Below are positions 9,229-20,529 of a stretch of 64,000 bases of DNA, piece after piece. The stretch spans positions 1,120,001 to 1,184,000 of the forward strand of contig CAVZVA010000009.1 in assembly GCA_963778655.1 (NCBI GenBank), read 5' to 3'. The position numbers were made by a program, and so were the translations under genes. The notes beneath the pieces were generated by a model. The model did no database searches and was not told the origin of the DNA. It worked only from the letters and a program-made list of their open reading frames with translations. How positions within the stretch are numbered: the stretch's first letter is position 1; every line of letters starts with the position of its first letter. The DNA is from an uncultured delta proteobacterium (GTDB lineage: Bacteria > Myxococcota_A > Polyangia > Polyangiales > JAFGIB01).

Positions 9229-12200
9229 ATGGGTGTGGTCGACGCGCGAGCCGCGAGTGAGAAGGGCCGGTCGAGCGAACCGCTCAAGCTCTCGAACTAC
9301 CTCGGCATCCTGCGCGACGATCCCGAGGACGAATCGGCACACGAGGCGCTCAAGGCGCTGGCCGACACCCGCGATCCGGAGCGACTCGGCGATCAACCGG
9401 TACGCCTGCTCGAGGCCGCGCGCCAGGCGCACGAGGCCAAGGGCGAGCTGTCGGCGGTGGCGCGCCTGATCGAGGTCGAGGCGCTGCTGATCGACGGCGA
9501 CCAGGCGTTTGCCACCAGCCTGTGGAAGGAGCTGGGGCGGCTGCGCGGTGACGAGTTGCTCGACGCCCAGGGCGCGCGCCAGGCCTACGATAACGCGTTG
9601 CGTCTGACGCCGGAGGACAGCGAGGCGCTCGAGGGACGCAAGCGGCTGGAGCAGGCCGAGAAGAGCTGGCGCAAGTTCGCCAAACGCTTCACCGAGGAGG
9701 CCGAGGGCGCGAGCGAGACCTCGCTCAAGGCGTCGCTCTTGCTGCGCGCCGCCGCGCTGGTGTGGCAGTACAGGAAGAAGGGGCGCGAGGAGGAGGCGGA
9801 CAACCTGTTCCGCGCGGCGCTGCAAGCGGAGCCGGGCAACCGGCGCGCGGTTCTGCTGTACGAGCACTCGCTGCGCTTGCGCAAGAGCTGGGGCCCACTG
9901 GCGGAGCTGTTGCTCGAATCGGCCGAGCAGGCTCGCGACAAGAGCGATCAGGTGAGCCTCTACACACGCGCCGGTCGAGTCGCGCTCAGGCGCCTCGATG
10001 ACGAGGCGCGCGCCGCGGCGTGTTACGAGCGCGTGCTCGACCTCGAGCCGAGCAACGCCGAGGCGATGGCGTTCCTGTCCGAGCACTACACCAAGCAGGC
10101 GCGCTGGGACGATCTGGTGGCGATGTACGAGCAGGCGCTGTCGGTGCGCCACAAGCTCGAGGTCGAGCAAGGCATCCTGCTGCAGATCGGCATGGTGCAC
10201 TGGCGCATGCGCGAGCGCCCAAAAGACGCCGAGCTCTACTTCGCGCGCCTGCGCAAGCTCAACCCCGGCCACCCGGCGGTGCTCGACTTCTACCGCGAGT
10301 ACTACGCGCGGCCCGACCGCGCCGAGAAGTGGCTCGCGGTGGTGGCCGACGCGCAGCGCGTGGCCGCCGACGACCGGCAGAAGCTGGAGCTCGCGCTGGT
10401 GCTGGCGCGCGCCGCGCAGGAGCAACCCGAGCTCAAGGACCGCGCGATCGACGCCTGGCGCCTGGTGCAACGGCTCGATCCGGGCAACCGCGAGGCGCTG
10501 TCCGCGCTCAAGGGCCTGTACCTGCGCTCGGAGAAGTGGAACGCGCTGGCCGACGTAACCAAGGCCGAGATCGAGGCGACGCCCGACGAGGACGTCGCCG
10601 ACAAGGTGGCGCTGCTGCGCGAGCTGCTGGCGATCTACCGCGATCGCCTGCACATGGACGGCATGGTGATCAGCACGCTCGGGCGCATCGTCAAGCTCAC
10701 GCCGGGCGACCGCGACGCGCTGGGCGAGCTCGCCACCAAGTACGAGAGCGCGGGCCGCTTCAACGACCTGATCAACGTGCTGACCGAGCGCGCCGACGCG
10801 CTCTCGGACCCGACCGAGAAGGTCGAGGCCTACCTGCGTGTCGCCCAGCTCTGGATCGAGCGCTTTGCCAACTACAGCCAGGCAACCACGCCGCTGGAGA
10901 AGGTGCTGCAGATCGATTCCAACAACCGCGAGGCGCTCTCGCAGCTGAAGGATATCTACGAAAAGAAGCGCGCGTGGAAGCAGCTCTACGAAGTGCTGCG
11001 CAAAGAGAAGGCGGTGGCCAGCGATCCCGGTGTGCGGTTGGCCAACACGATCGAGATGGCCAAGCTCGCCGCCGACCGTTTGCAGGGCTACGCCGAGGCG
11101 ATCGCGCTGTGGAAGGAGGCGCTCGAGCTCGATCCGCGCGCGCCCGGCGCGGCCGAGGCGCTGGAGAAGTTGGCCGAAGGCGAGAAGGACTTCGACACGC
11201 TGGTGGCGGTGCTGGAGACCGAGCTGGCGCAGGCCGGCAACGACGAGACGCGTATCCGCGTGTTGCAGAAGCTCGCGCTGCTGCACGGCGAGCGGCTGGG
11301 GCAGACCGAGGAGGCGACCCAGTGCTGGCGCCGCATCCTGAAGCTCGAGCCCAAGCACGGCCGCGCGCTGCGCGCGGTGCGCGACGCGCTGCTCAAGGCG
11401 CAGGACTGGGACGAGCTCACCGATCTCTACGCAAGCGTGCGCGACTTCGAGGGCCTGGTGGACGTGCTCTCGCACGAGGCCGACGAGGCGATGGATTCGC
11501 GCTCCAAGATCGACCTCAGCTTCCGCGCGGCGCGCGTGTTCGAGCAGGACGTCGGCGACCCTTCGCGCGCGGCGCGCAGCTACGAGCGCGTGCTCTCGGT
11601 CGATCCCAGCAACGCCAAGGCCGCGGCGGCACTGGCGGCGATCTACGAGCAAGACGCCAAGTGGACCCGGCTGCGCGCGATGCTCGACGTGCTCTTGCAG
11701 GCGGCGGCCGACGAGGGCCAGCAGCTGGCCTTGCTCGGGCGGCTGCGCGAGCTGTGTCAGACGACGCTGCGTGACGGCGAGGCCACATTCGGCTACGCCG
11801 CGCGCGCTTACCGGCTCGCGCCCGGCTCCGAGCAGGTGCGCGGCGCGCTCGAGTCCGCGGCCGAGTCCGCCGCGGCATTCGATCGCGTGCTCGAGCTGTA
11901 TCTGGAGCGTGCGGAGAAGGCGAGCGCGACCGAGGCGGGGCTGCTGCGCCGGCGAATCGCCGCGATTGCGCTCGACAGGCTGGGGCAGAACGCGATCGCC
12001 GTCGAGCAGCTGCGCAGGCTGCTCGAGGCCGAGCCGGAGGCGGCCGACATCGCCGCCCAGCTCGAGAAGATTTATCGCGGCGAGCAGCGGACCGCGGACC
12101 TGCACGGCCTGCTGCTGCACAGGCTCGAGCACGCGAGCGATCCCGCGCTGCGCTGGACCACGCTCAAGGAGCTGGCTCAGATCGAGGACGAGGTGCTTTC

Positions 12201-15200
12201 GGATGCGGCGGCGGCCGCCGCCCATTACCGGGCGATGTCGGAGATCGACCCGAGCGACCGCAACGTGCTGACGGCGCGCGATCGGCTGGCCAGCGCGGCC
12301 GAGCGCTGGGACGAGCTTTCGGAGGTGCTGCAGGCGCGGCTCGAGGTCGAGCAGGAAACGCCCGCGCGCATCGAGCTCGGCGCGCGCCTGGGGTTGCTGT
12401 TGCTCGACCGGCTCGATCAGCCGGAGCGGGCGCTGGCGGCGTTCGAGCAGGTGCTGGAGCAGGATGGTATGCACGGGCCGAGCGTGGCCGCGGTCGAGCG
12501 CCTGGCCGAGCAGCACGAGACGCTTTCGCCGCGCGCCGGACGCGTGCTCGAGCGCGTGTACGAGCAGAGCGGCCGCTACGACAAGTTGCTCAAGGTGCTG
12601 GAGAAGCGCCTCAAGGGCGAGAAGCAGGACGACGAGGTGCGGCGGCTGCGGCTGCGCGTGGCGGAGATCAGCGGCCAGAAGCTGGGCGACGCGATGGGCG
12701 CGTACGGCGCGCTGGAGGCGGCCTTCTTCGAGCAGCCGCAGGACCGCGAGCTGTGGGACCGCCTGAGCGACGCCGCCGAGAGCGCCGGCCAGCAGCGCGC
12801 GCTGGCCGCGGCCTACGCGACGGCGCTCGAGGCCGGTGACCTGGGCGAGGAGGATCGGCTGGAGCTGGCGATTCGCGCCGCGCGCTTGCACGACGAGGTG
12901 CTGGGCCAGCCCGAGGAGGCCGAGCCTTTCCACACCCGCATCCTGCGCGCCGACCCGCTCAACGACGCTTCGTTCGCCGCGCTCAAGGAGCTGTACACCG
13001 TCGGCGAGCGCTGGGAGGAGCTGCAGGCGCTCTACCGCAAGCGCATCGCGGACACGGTGGACGCCGACAGCAAGCTCGATCTGCTGCTGCAGCTGTGCTT
13101 CCTATTCGAGGAGATCCTCGACCGGCCCGACCAGGCGATCGAGTCGTACCAGCAGGTGTTGGCGCTGTCGCCCGACCACGGCGCGGCCCGCAGGACGCTG
13201 GAGCGGCTGTACGAGCGCACCGAGCGCTGGCGAGACCTGAGCGAGCTGCTGCGCGGCAACCTCGATCGCGCCGAGGGCCAGGAGCGCATCGACTTGATGC
13301 TGCGTTTGGGAGAGCTGTACGAGACGCGCCTGAGCGAGCCCGGCGACGCCGTCGACCAGTACGAGGGCGTGCTGGCCGAGCAGCCCCATCAGCTGCGCGC
13401 ACAGGAAGCGCTCTCGCGCTTGCTGGGCGTGGAGACCCAGCGCCAGCGCATCGCCGCCATTCTCGAGCCCCTTTACGAGAAGCAGGGCGCCTACCGCGAT
13501 CTGGCCAGCGTGCTCGAGATCCAGCTCGAGGATCGCGAGCGCGAGCGCTCGGCGGCCGCGGATCTGCTGCTGCGTATCGGCGAGCTCTACGAGCACAAGA
13601 CCCGCGACATGGACGCTGCGTTCGCGGCCTATGCGCGCGCGGTCGAGGCGGAACCGGGCCACGACGCGGCGCGACAGGCGTTGGCTCGCGTGGCGAGCAG
13701 CCGCGAGACCTTCCGCCGCCAGCGCGCACAGGTGCTGCAGCGCGCGCTCGACGGGCTCAAGGACGAGATCGTGCTTCAGGTCGACCTGCTGCTCGAGCTG
13801 GCTTCGCTGCTCGACCAGTACCTCGGCGACAAGGACGGGGCCGAACGCGCCTACGAGCGCCTGATCGAGATCGACCCGGACAATCACGACGCGGTGCTGG
13901 TGGCGGCGCGGGCGCTCGAGGCCATCCACCTGGCCAAGCAGGATCACGGCCGGCTCGCGAATGACCTCAAGCTCCAGATCGAGATCGAGACCGACTCCGC
14001 GCTGCGCGGCCAGCTGTTGGTGCGGCTGGCGGAGCTGTGCGAGAGCACGCTCGATGCGCCGGATGAGGCGATCGCGGCGCACAAGAAGCGCCTGGAGATC
14101 GACCCTGGCGACATCGACGCGCTGCGCGCGCTGGAACGGCTGTACGAGCGCACTGAGCACTGGGCCGAGCTGGTGGACACGCTGCGCGCGCACGCCGACC
14201 ACAGCACGGAGGAAGCCCAACGGCGCGCGCTTGCCCGGCGTGCGGCCAGCTTGCGAGACGAGCGGCTGAAGGACGTCGACGGCGCGATCGCGGGCTACAA
14301 CGAAGTGCTGCAGAGCTTCGGCCCGGACCGCGACACGCTGCGGGCCGTCGGGGCCCTCTACGAGCGCACTGAACGCTACGCTGACCTGCTCGAGACACTG
14401 CTGCAGGAAGAGGGCCTGACCGAGGATGCCGCGGCACGCGCCCAGCTCCAGTTCCGCATGGCCGAGCTGATGCGGCTGCACACCGGAGACATCGAGCGCG
14501 CGCTCGATTGTTACGACGCGGTGCTGACCTTCGAGCCCGGTCACGCCGCCAGCCTGGCCGCGCTCGACTCGCTGATGAACGACACCACCTCCGAGCACCG
14601 GCTGGAGGCCGCGCGCCTAGCCGCGCCGCGCTACGAGGCCAGCGGCTCGTTCGAGCAGTTGCTCGGCGTGCTGGAGGTGCAGCAGGACGCCAGCGACCCG
14701 ACCGACAAGCTGATCGCGTTGCGGCGCGCGGCCGAGGTCGCGGATCTGGGGCTGCGCGATTCGGGCCGAGCCTTCAGCTACATGGCGCGGGCGTTGCGCG
14801 TGGCCGCCGGGGAGCCGGCGCTGCACGAGCTGCTGCCCGAGCTCGACCGCCTGGCGGAGAGCTCGGGCCGCTTCGGCGACTACGTCGCGCTGCTGCGAGA
14901 GATCGTGCCCGAGGTCTACGACGGCGAGCTGCGGCCCGAGATCCAGCGCCGGATCGCCCGCGCCGCGCGCGCGCGCCTTCAGGACTCGGCGGCTGCGCTC
15001 GAGCACTATGGCAAGCTGCTCGAGGATCTGCCCGAGGACGCCGAGGCGCTGGACGCGGTCGAGGCCTTGAACGAGGCGGCCGGCGACTACCGCGGACTGA
15101 TCGCGGTGCTCAAGCGCAAGGCGGAGCTCGCGCGTGAGCCGGCCACGCGCTGGCAACTGCTGGCGCGGCAGGCCGAGATCTACGAGCGCCGGCTCGAGCA

Positions 15201-18200
15201 ACCCGACCTGGCGATCGAGGTGCTGCAGGAGCTTATCCTGGAGCACCCGACCGAGCAGGCCTACGCCGCGCTTGAGCGCCTGTTCACGACCGGCGCGCGC
15301 TGGGAGGAGCTGCGCTCGGTTTACGAGCAGCAGCTCGACCGGCAGCTCGGCGTGGCGGTGGAGCTGCGCTTCAAGCTCGCGCGCACCTGCCATCTGCATC
15401 TGGACGACACGCCGGGTGCGCTTTCCCATCTGCGTGACGCGCTCATCGACGATTCGGGACACCGCGCCTCGATCGTGCTGCTCGAGGACATCATGGCCGC
15501 GGAGGGCGAGCAGCGCGCGGCCGCCGCCGAGATCCTCGAGCCGATCTACCTCGCGCAGATGCAGTGGCCCAAGCTCACCGCGGCGCTCGAGGCTCGCATC
15601 GCGGGCGAGCAGGACGTCGACGAGCGCAAGCGGCTGCTGACCCGGCTGGCGCAGATCTACGAGGATCAGCTCGAGGACTTCGACGGCGCGATCGACGTCT
15701 ACGCGCGGCTGTTTCGGGAGGATCCCCACGACGACGCCACCTGGGAGACGCTCACGCGGCTGGCCAAGGTCGGCGGCCAGTGGAACCGCCTGGGCAAGAT
15801 CCTGAGCAAGCCGTTGGACGAGGAGCCGGCGCTGGACGGGGCGCTGGCACGCCTGGCCAAGTACACCGGGCGCATCTACGTCGAGCGCGTGGCGAACTAC
15901 CACCGCGCCGCGCAGCTGTTCGAGAAGGCGCTGGCGTTCGATCCGGCCGACCTGGAGTCGTTCTCCGCGCTCGAGGCGGCCTATCGCCAAACCGCCTCGC
16001 ACGAGAAGCTGCTGGCGCTGTACCGCGACCAGATCGACCGCGAGGACGGCGACGACCGGCGGGTACGCCTGCTGCACGAGCGGGCGCGTCTCTTTCGCGA
16101 GGTGCTCGAGCAATCTGCCGAGGCGATCGCGACCTATCGCGAGATCCTCGAGATCGATCCCGACGACCGCGAGGCGGCCACCGGTCTCGAGCTGCTGTTG
16201 ACGCAGGCCGAGGACTGGCCCGCGCTGACCGATCAGCTGCGCGCGCGCATCGATCGCGCTGCCGGCAGCGAGGAGGAGATTCCGCTCAAGCTGCGGCTGG
16301 CGGAGCTGCTGGAGCAGCGACGCGACGATGTGGATGGCGCGATCGAGGTCTATGAGGACATCGCGCGCATGGATCCCAAGGAGCAGCGCGCGATGTGGGC
16401 GCTCGAGCGCCTGGTGCAGCAGCCCGAGCACACGCTGCACATCACGCGCATCCTCGAGCCGATCTACCGCAAGCTCGACCAGTGGAAGAAGCTGGTCGCC
16501 ATCCTGGAAGCCCAGGTCCAGCTGCTCGACGACGAGCTCGAGCGCGTGCGCGTGCTGAGCGAGATCGGCGAGCTGCACGAGCGCCGGGGTCACGACGCGG
16601 CGCTGGCCTTGCACGCGTGGATGCGGGCCTTCACCACCGATCCGGGCAATGATCAGGCGCGCGGGCACGTCGACCGCCTGGCGGCCGAGATGGAGGCCTG
16701 GAACGAGCTGGTGCAGGCATACGAGACGGCGCTGAACAAGACCGAGGATCCGGTGGTCGTCACCAATCTGCTCACGATGATGGGCCGGGTGCATGACGAG
16801 AAGCGCGGCGATCCGCGGGCGGCGATCGCCGTCTACGAGCGACTCGCCAGCCACGAGCCCGACGATCCCGCACCGCTTGATTCGCTCGAGGCGCTGCACA
16901 CCATGGTGGGCGATTGGCACGGGCTCACCAGTGTGCTCTCGCGCAAGGTCGACCAGGCCTACAATGCCCAGGAACGCAGCGAGCTGCTGCGGCGCCTGGG
17001 CTCGGTGACCGAGGAGCTGCTCGGCGACCGAGGCGCGGCAATCGAAGCGTACAAGCGCGCCGTGGCCGAGGACGACAGCGACGACCTCGCCTACGAGGCA
17101 CTCGACCACCTGTACGGGCTCGAGCAGAAGTCCGACAAGTTGACCCAGGTGCTCGAGCGACGCATCGAGCTGGCGGCCGATCCGGCCACGCGCGTTGCGC
17201 ACGGGCTGCGCCTGGGGGCGGTGCTGGACCGCCAGCTCCACCAGCCCGACCAGGCGATCGCGGCCTACCAGCGCGTGCTCGACGATGATCCGACCGAGCG
17301 CCAGGCGCTGGTTGCGCTGGCGGTGCTGTTCGAGCGCCAGGGCAGGTGGAGCGAGCTGCTCGAGAACCTGGCTCAGCAGGAGCGCCTGGCCGGCAACGCC
17401 ACCGAGCGCGTGCGGCTGCTGCACCGTGCCGGCGAGATTCAGGAGCAACGCGTGGGCGACCTCGACGAGGCGATCGAGCGTCATCGCGAGGTGCTCGAGA
17501 TCGATGCCGCGTTCGGGCCGTCGATCGACGCGTTGACGCGGATCGCGCGCGTGCCCGAGCACCGGGTGCGCGCCGCCGAGATCGTCGAGCCGCTGTTGCG
17601 CGCGCAGGGGCGCTTCGACGACCTGGTGCAGCTGATCGAGAGCGGGCTGCCCGGGCTCGACGATGCGCTCGGGCGGCGCGCGGAGCTGCAGCGTCTGGCC
17701 GAGCTGCACGAGCACGGGCGCGGCCGGCCCGCCGACGCGTTCGAGGCGCTGTGCCGCGCGCTGGGCGAAGACCCGGCCGACGACGTGGTGCTGGCCGATC
17801 TCGAGCGACTGGCGCGGCAGCTCGGCCTCTTCGACAAGCTCGCCTCTGTGCTCGCCCAGCAGGCGGAGGTGGTCGGCGACGGGTTGCAGGCCGCCGGGCT
17901 CTACCGCCGTCTGGCGCGCATCTGCGAGGAGGAGCTGCACGACGACGCGCGCGCAATCGACGCCTACGTGCGGGCCTCGGAGCGCGACGAGGCGAGCGAG
18001 ACGCTGCTCGAGCTCGATCGCCTCTACGAGCGCACGCAAAGCTGGGACGGCTTGCTCGAGGTGCTCGAGCGGCGCATCGCGGCCAGCGCCGATCCCAAGG
18101 AGCGCACCGATCTGCTGGTGCGGCTGGGCGACCTGCGCGACCAGCGCTTCGAGGACGGACGCGGCGCGTTCGTGGCTTACAGGGAAGTGCTCGACGGCGA

Positions 18201-20199
18201 GCCAGCCGAGTCGCGCGCGCTCGCCGGCATGGAGCGGATCGGTCGCTACGACGCGCTCGCTCACGACGTGCTCGACGTGCTCGATCACTGCTACCGCGAG
18301 GTAGGCGCCACCGACAAGCTTGCCGGGCTCTACGACATTCGCATTCGGCTGGCCGAGTCCGATGCCGAACGGCTGCGACTGCTGGGCGAGGCGACGGGCA
18401 TCTGGGAGCGCGAGCTCGGCGATCCGGCACGGGCGCTGCTCAACATGCGGCGCGCCTTCGAGATCGATCCCACGCGTGCCGACACGCTCGAGGAGATCGA
18501 GCGCCTGGCGGCCGCCGCTTCCAGCTGGGAGGGCGTGCGCGGGATGGTTGACGGATTGATCCAGCGTAGTGCGCTCGAGGGGCACACCAAGCAGGAGCTC
18601 GCGCTGCGTGCGGCCGACTGGTATCGGGAGCGGCTTTCGGATCCCGCCGCGGAGGAGCGCTGCCTGCGCTGGGCGCTCGAGGTCGACGCCGGTGTGATGC
18701 CGACGCACGAGCGTCTGCTCGGCCTGCTGGAAGGGCCGGGCCGCGAGGCCGATCGGGTGGCGGCGCTGCGCGCCTGCGCCGAGGCCGAGCACGATCAGCA
18801 ACGCCGCAAGCAGCGGCTGCGGGAAGCGGCGCAGCTGAGCGAGCGCGCGCTGGGCGACCCGGCCCAGGCGGCCGCCTGCTACGAGGCGCTGCTCGAGGCG
18901 GACCCCGAAGACCGCGAGGCGCTGAGCGAGCTGGCCCAGATCCGCGGCCAGCAGAGGCGCTTCGACGCCGTGGTGACCCTGCTGGAACGTCGCTGTGCGC
19001 TCGAGGGCGACCCCGAGACGCGCACCGCGCTGCGGCTGCGGATCGCCGACATCCAGCAGCAGGAGCTGGGTCAGGCCGCCGACGCCATCGCCACCTATCG
19101 CGGCGTGCTGGAGGAAGCCCCGAGCCAGCCGCAGGCGCTGAACGCGCTCGAGCGCCTGTACGAGCAGGCCGCCCGCTGGGAAGATCTGCGCGCGCTGCTC
19201 TCGGAGCAACGCGAGCGAGCTGGAGATGCGCCCGCGCGCGCCGCGCTGGGGCTGCGCCTGGCGGCGCTTGCCGAACAGCACCTGGAAGATCGCGACGGCG
19301 CGGTCGACGAGCTGTTGCAGGTGCTGCGCGAGCAGCCCGATGACGCGCGCGCCCAGGACGAGCTCGAGCGGCTCTACGCGGCCTGCGAGCGCTGGTCCGA
19401 GCTGGTCGCCCTGCTCGAGCGCCGCGCCTCCCAGGCGGAGCCTGCGGCGGCGGTGGCGCTGCTGCGGCGTGCGGCCTCGGTGTACGAGACCAAGCTCGAG
19501 CAGCCGGACCGAGCGGTTGCCGCCTACCGCAAGATCCACGAGCGCGATGCCAGCGATCGCGAGGCGCTCGACGCGTTGCAACGCCTGCTGCTCGCCTCCG
19601 AGCGCTGGCAGGAAGCGGCGGAGGCCATGCGCTCGCTGCTCGACCTGCTCTCGGGCGAGCCGGCGCGCGAGCTGGGGCTGCGGCTTGCGGAGCTGGCATC
19701 GGCGCACCTCGGCGACTTCAGCCTGGCCGAGCAGGCCCTGCTCGCGGCGCAACAGGCGGACCCCGGCCACGCCGAGACGCGCAAGCGCTTGCTCGCGCTG
19801 TACGAGACCCACGCGGCGCACGACAAGCTTGTACACTTGCTCGACAAGGAGGAGCAGCGGACCGACGATCCCGCGCAGAAGGTGGTCCTGCTCAACCGCA
19901 TCGCGGCGCTGTACCGCAGTCAGCTCGGCGACCCGCAGAGCGCGGTGTCCTACCTGGAGCGGGCGGTGGCGCTCGCGCCCGGCGACCGCGAAGCGCTGCT
20001 GCAGCTGTGTGACCTCTACGTCGCCGCCGACAAGGCACGCGACGCGATACCGGTGCTGGAGAAGGTCATCGAGTCGTACGGTGGGCGGCGCGCCAAGGAG
20101 GTTGCGCTGTACCACCACCGCCTGGGCCATGCGTACGAGGGGCTGGGCGACACCGAGGCCGCGCTCAAGCACTACGATGCGGCATTCAAATCGACCTGA
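9229..20199 (+). CDS. Giant TPR-repeat protein (AgmK-like), main frame; frameshifted near 3' end; start approximate
   Basis: ~3,650 aa of TPR-like units (A...Y..VL..DP....AL..LE.LY....W..L). Confidence 0.88.
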   Translation: MGVVDARAASEKGRSSEPLKLSNYLGILRDDPEDESAHEALKALADTRDPERLGDQPVRLLEAARQAHEAKGELSAVARLIEVEALLIDGDQAFATSLWKELGRLRGDELLDAQGARQAYDNALRLTPEDSEALEGRKRLEQAEKSWRKFAKRFTEEAEGASETSLKASLLLRAAALVWQYRKKGREEEADNLFRAALQAEPGNRRAVLLYEHSLRLRKSWGPLAELLLESAEQARDKSDQVSLYTRAGRVALRRLDDEARAAACYERVLDLEPSNAEAMAFLSEHYTKQARWDDLVAMYEQALSVRHKLEVEQGILLQIGMVHWRMRERPKDAELYFARLRKLNPGHPAVLDFYREYYARPDRAEKWLAVVADAQRVAADDRQKLELALVLARAAQEQPELKDRAIDAWRLVQRLDPGNREALSALKGLYLRSEKWNALADVTKAEIEATPDEDVADKVALLRELLAIYRDRLHMDGMVISTLGRIVKLTPGDRDALGELATKYESAGRFNDLINVLTERADALSDPTEKVEAYLRVAQLWIERFANYSQATTPLEKVLQIDSNNREALSQLKDIYEKKRAWKQLYEVLRKEKAVASDPGVRLANTIEMAKLAADRLQGYAEAIALWKEALELDPRAPGAAEALEKLAEGEKDFDTLVAVLETELAQAGNDETRIRVLQKLALLHGERLGQTEEATQCWRRILKLEPKHGRALRAVRDALLKAQDWDELTDLYASVRDFEGLVDVLSHEADEAMDSRSKIDLSFRAARVFEQDVGDPSRAARSYERVLSVDPSNAKAAAALAAIYEQDAKWTRLRAMLDVLLQAAADEGQQLALLGRLRELCQTTLRDGEATFGYAARAYRLAPGSEQVRGALESAAESAAAFDRVLELYLERAEKASATEAGLLRRRIAAIALDRLGQNAIAVEQLRRLLEAEPEAADIAAQLEKIYRGEQRTADLHGLLLHRLEHASDPALRWTTLKELAQIEDEVLSDAAAAAAHYRAMSEIDPSDRNVLTARDRLASAAERWDELSEVLQARLEVEQETPARIELGARLGLLLLDRLDQPERALAAFEQVLEQDGMHGPSVAAVERLAEQHETLSPRAGRVLERVYEQSGRYDKLLKVLEKRLKGEKQDDEVRRLRLRVAEISGQKLGDAMGAYGALEAAFFEQPQDRELWDRLSDAAESAGQQRALAAAYATALEAGDLGEEDRLELAIRAARLHDEVLGQPEEAEPFHTRILRADPLNDASFAALKELYTVGERWEELQALYRKRIADTVDADSKLDLLLQLCFLFEEILDRPDQAIESYQQVLALSPDHGAARRTLERLYERTERWRDLSELLRGNLDRAEGQERIDLMLRLGELYETRLSEPGDAVDQYEGVLAEQPHQLRAQEALSRLLGVETQRQRIAAILEPLYEKQGAYRDLASVLEIQLEDRERERSAAADLLLRIGELYEHKTRDMDAAFAAYARAVEAEPGHDAARQALARVASSRETFRRQRAQVLQRALDGLKDEIVLQVDLLLELASLLDQYLGDKDGAERAYERLIEIDPDNHDAVLVAARALEAIHLAKQDHGRLANDLKLQIEIETDSALRGQLLVRLAELCESTLDAPDEAIAAHKKRLEIDPGDIDALRALERLYERTEHWAELVDTLRAHADHSTEEAQRRALARRAASLRDERLKDVDGAIAGYNEVLQSFGPDRDTLRAVGALYERTERYADLLETLLQEEGLTEDAAARAQLQFRMAELMRLHTGDIERALDCYDAVLTFEPGHAASLAALDSLMNDTTSEHRLEAARLAAPRYEASGSFEQLLGVLEVQQDASDPTDKLIALRRAAEVADLGLRDSGRAFSYMARALRVAAGEPALHELLPELDRLAESSGRFGDYVALLREIVPEVYDGELRPEIQRRIARAARARLQDSAAALEHYGKLLEDLPEDAEALDAVEALNEAAGDYRGLIAVLKRKAELAREPATRWQLLARQAEIYERRLEQPDLAIEVLQELILEHPTEQAYAALERLFTTGARWEELRSVYEQQLDRQLGVAVELRFKLARTCHLHLDDTPGALSHLRDALIDDSGHRASIVLLEDIMAAEGEQRAAAAEILEPIYLAQMQWPKLTAALEARIAGEQDVDERKRLLTRLAQIYEDQLEDFDGAIDVYARLFREDPHDDATWETLTRLAKVGGQWNRLGKILSKPLDEEPALDGALARLAKYTGRIYVERVANYHRAAQLFEKALAFDPADLESFSALEAAYRQTASHEKLLALYRDQIDREDGDDRRVRLLHERARLFREVLEQSAEAIATYREILEIDPDDREAATGLELLLTQAEDWPALTDQLRARIDRAAGSEEEIPLKLRLAELLEQRRDDVDGAIEVYEDIARMDPKEQRAMWALERLVQQPEHTLHITRILEPIYRKLDQWKKLVAILEAQVQLLDDELERVRVLSEIGELHERRGHDAALALHAWMRAFTTDPGNDQARGHVDRLAAEMEAWNELVQAYETALNKTEDPVVVTNLLTMMGRVHDEKRGDPRAAIAVYERLASHEPDDPAPLDSLEALHTMVGDWHGLTSVLSRKVDQAYNAQERSELLRRLGSVTEELLGDRGAAIEAYKRAVAEDDSDDLAYEALDHLYGLEQKSDKLTQVLERRIELAADPATRVAHGLRLGAVLDRQLHQPDQAIAAYQRVLDDDPTERQALVALAVLFERQGRWSELLENLAQQERLAGNATERVRLLHRAGEIQEQRVGDLDEAIERHREVLEIDAAFGPSIDALTRIARVPEHRVRAAEIVEPLLRAQGRFDDLVQLIESGLPGLDDALGRRAELQRLAELHEHGRGRPADAFEALCRALGEDPADDVVLADLERLARQLGLFDKLASVLAQQAEVVGDGLQAAGLYRRLARICEEELHDDARAIDAYVRASERDEASETLLELDRLYERTQSWDGLLEVLERRIAASADPKERTDLLVRLGDLRDQRFEDGRGAFVAYREVLDGEPAESRALAGMERIGRYDALAHDVLDVLDHCYREVGATDKLAGLYDIRIRLAESDAERLRLLGEATGIWERELGDPARALLNMRRAFEIDPTRADTLEEIERLAAAASSWEGVRGMVDGLIQRSALEGHTKQELALRAADWYRERLSDPAAEERCLRWALEVDAGVMPTHERLLGLLEGPGREADRVAALRACAEAEHDQQRRKQRLREAAQLSERALGDPAQAAACYEALLEADPEDREALSELAQIRGQQRRFDAVVTLLERRCALEGDPETRTALRLRIADIQQQELGQAADAIATYRGVLEEAPSQPQALNALERLYEQAARWEDLRALLSEQRERAGDAPARAALGLRLAALAEQHLEDRDGAVDELLQVLREQPDDARAQDELERLYAACERWSELVALLERRASQAEPAAAVALLRRAASVYETKLEQPDRAVAAYRKIHERDASDREALDALQRLLLASERWQEAAEAMRSLLDLLSGEPARELGLRLAELASAHLGDFSLAEQALLAAQQADPGHAETRKRLLALYETHAAHDKLVHLLDKEEQRTDDPAQKVVLLNRIAALYRSQLGDPQSAVSYLERAVALAPGDREALLQLCDLYVAADKARDAIPVLEKVIESYGGRRAKEVALYHHRLGHAYEGLGDTEAALKHYDAAFKST

Positions 20200-20462
20200 C
20201 CAGCGTGCCGATTCTACGCGACCTGGGCCGGTTGTGCCTGGCCAACGGCGACCTCGAGCGCGCGCAGAAAACCTACCGAGCGCTGCTGCTGCAGAAGCTA
20301 GGCCCGGACTCGGGCATAGCCAAGGCCGACGTGTATTGCCGGCTGGGTGAGATCTCCGCCAGGCAGGGCGACAAGATGAAGGCCAAGGCGATGCTGGAGC
20401 GGGCGATCGCGGAAGGTGGAGAGCACCCCGAAGCCAAGGCGCTGCTCGACGGCTTGGGCTGA
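20190..20462 (+). pseudogene. C-terminal ~90 aa of the giant TPR protein in a shifted frame
   Basis: Adding one base at AAA 20188-20190 gives ...DAAFK-IDLTSVPILRDLGRLCL..., continuing the TPR pattern to TGA 20462. Confidence 0.8.
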
Positions 20463-20529
20463 GGCGAAGCGAGCTCCGACGCGGCGGCGAAGCGAGCATG
20501 CGTGAGCGACGCGCGGGCGAGGTGAGCCG

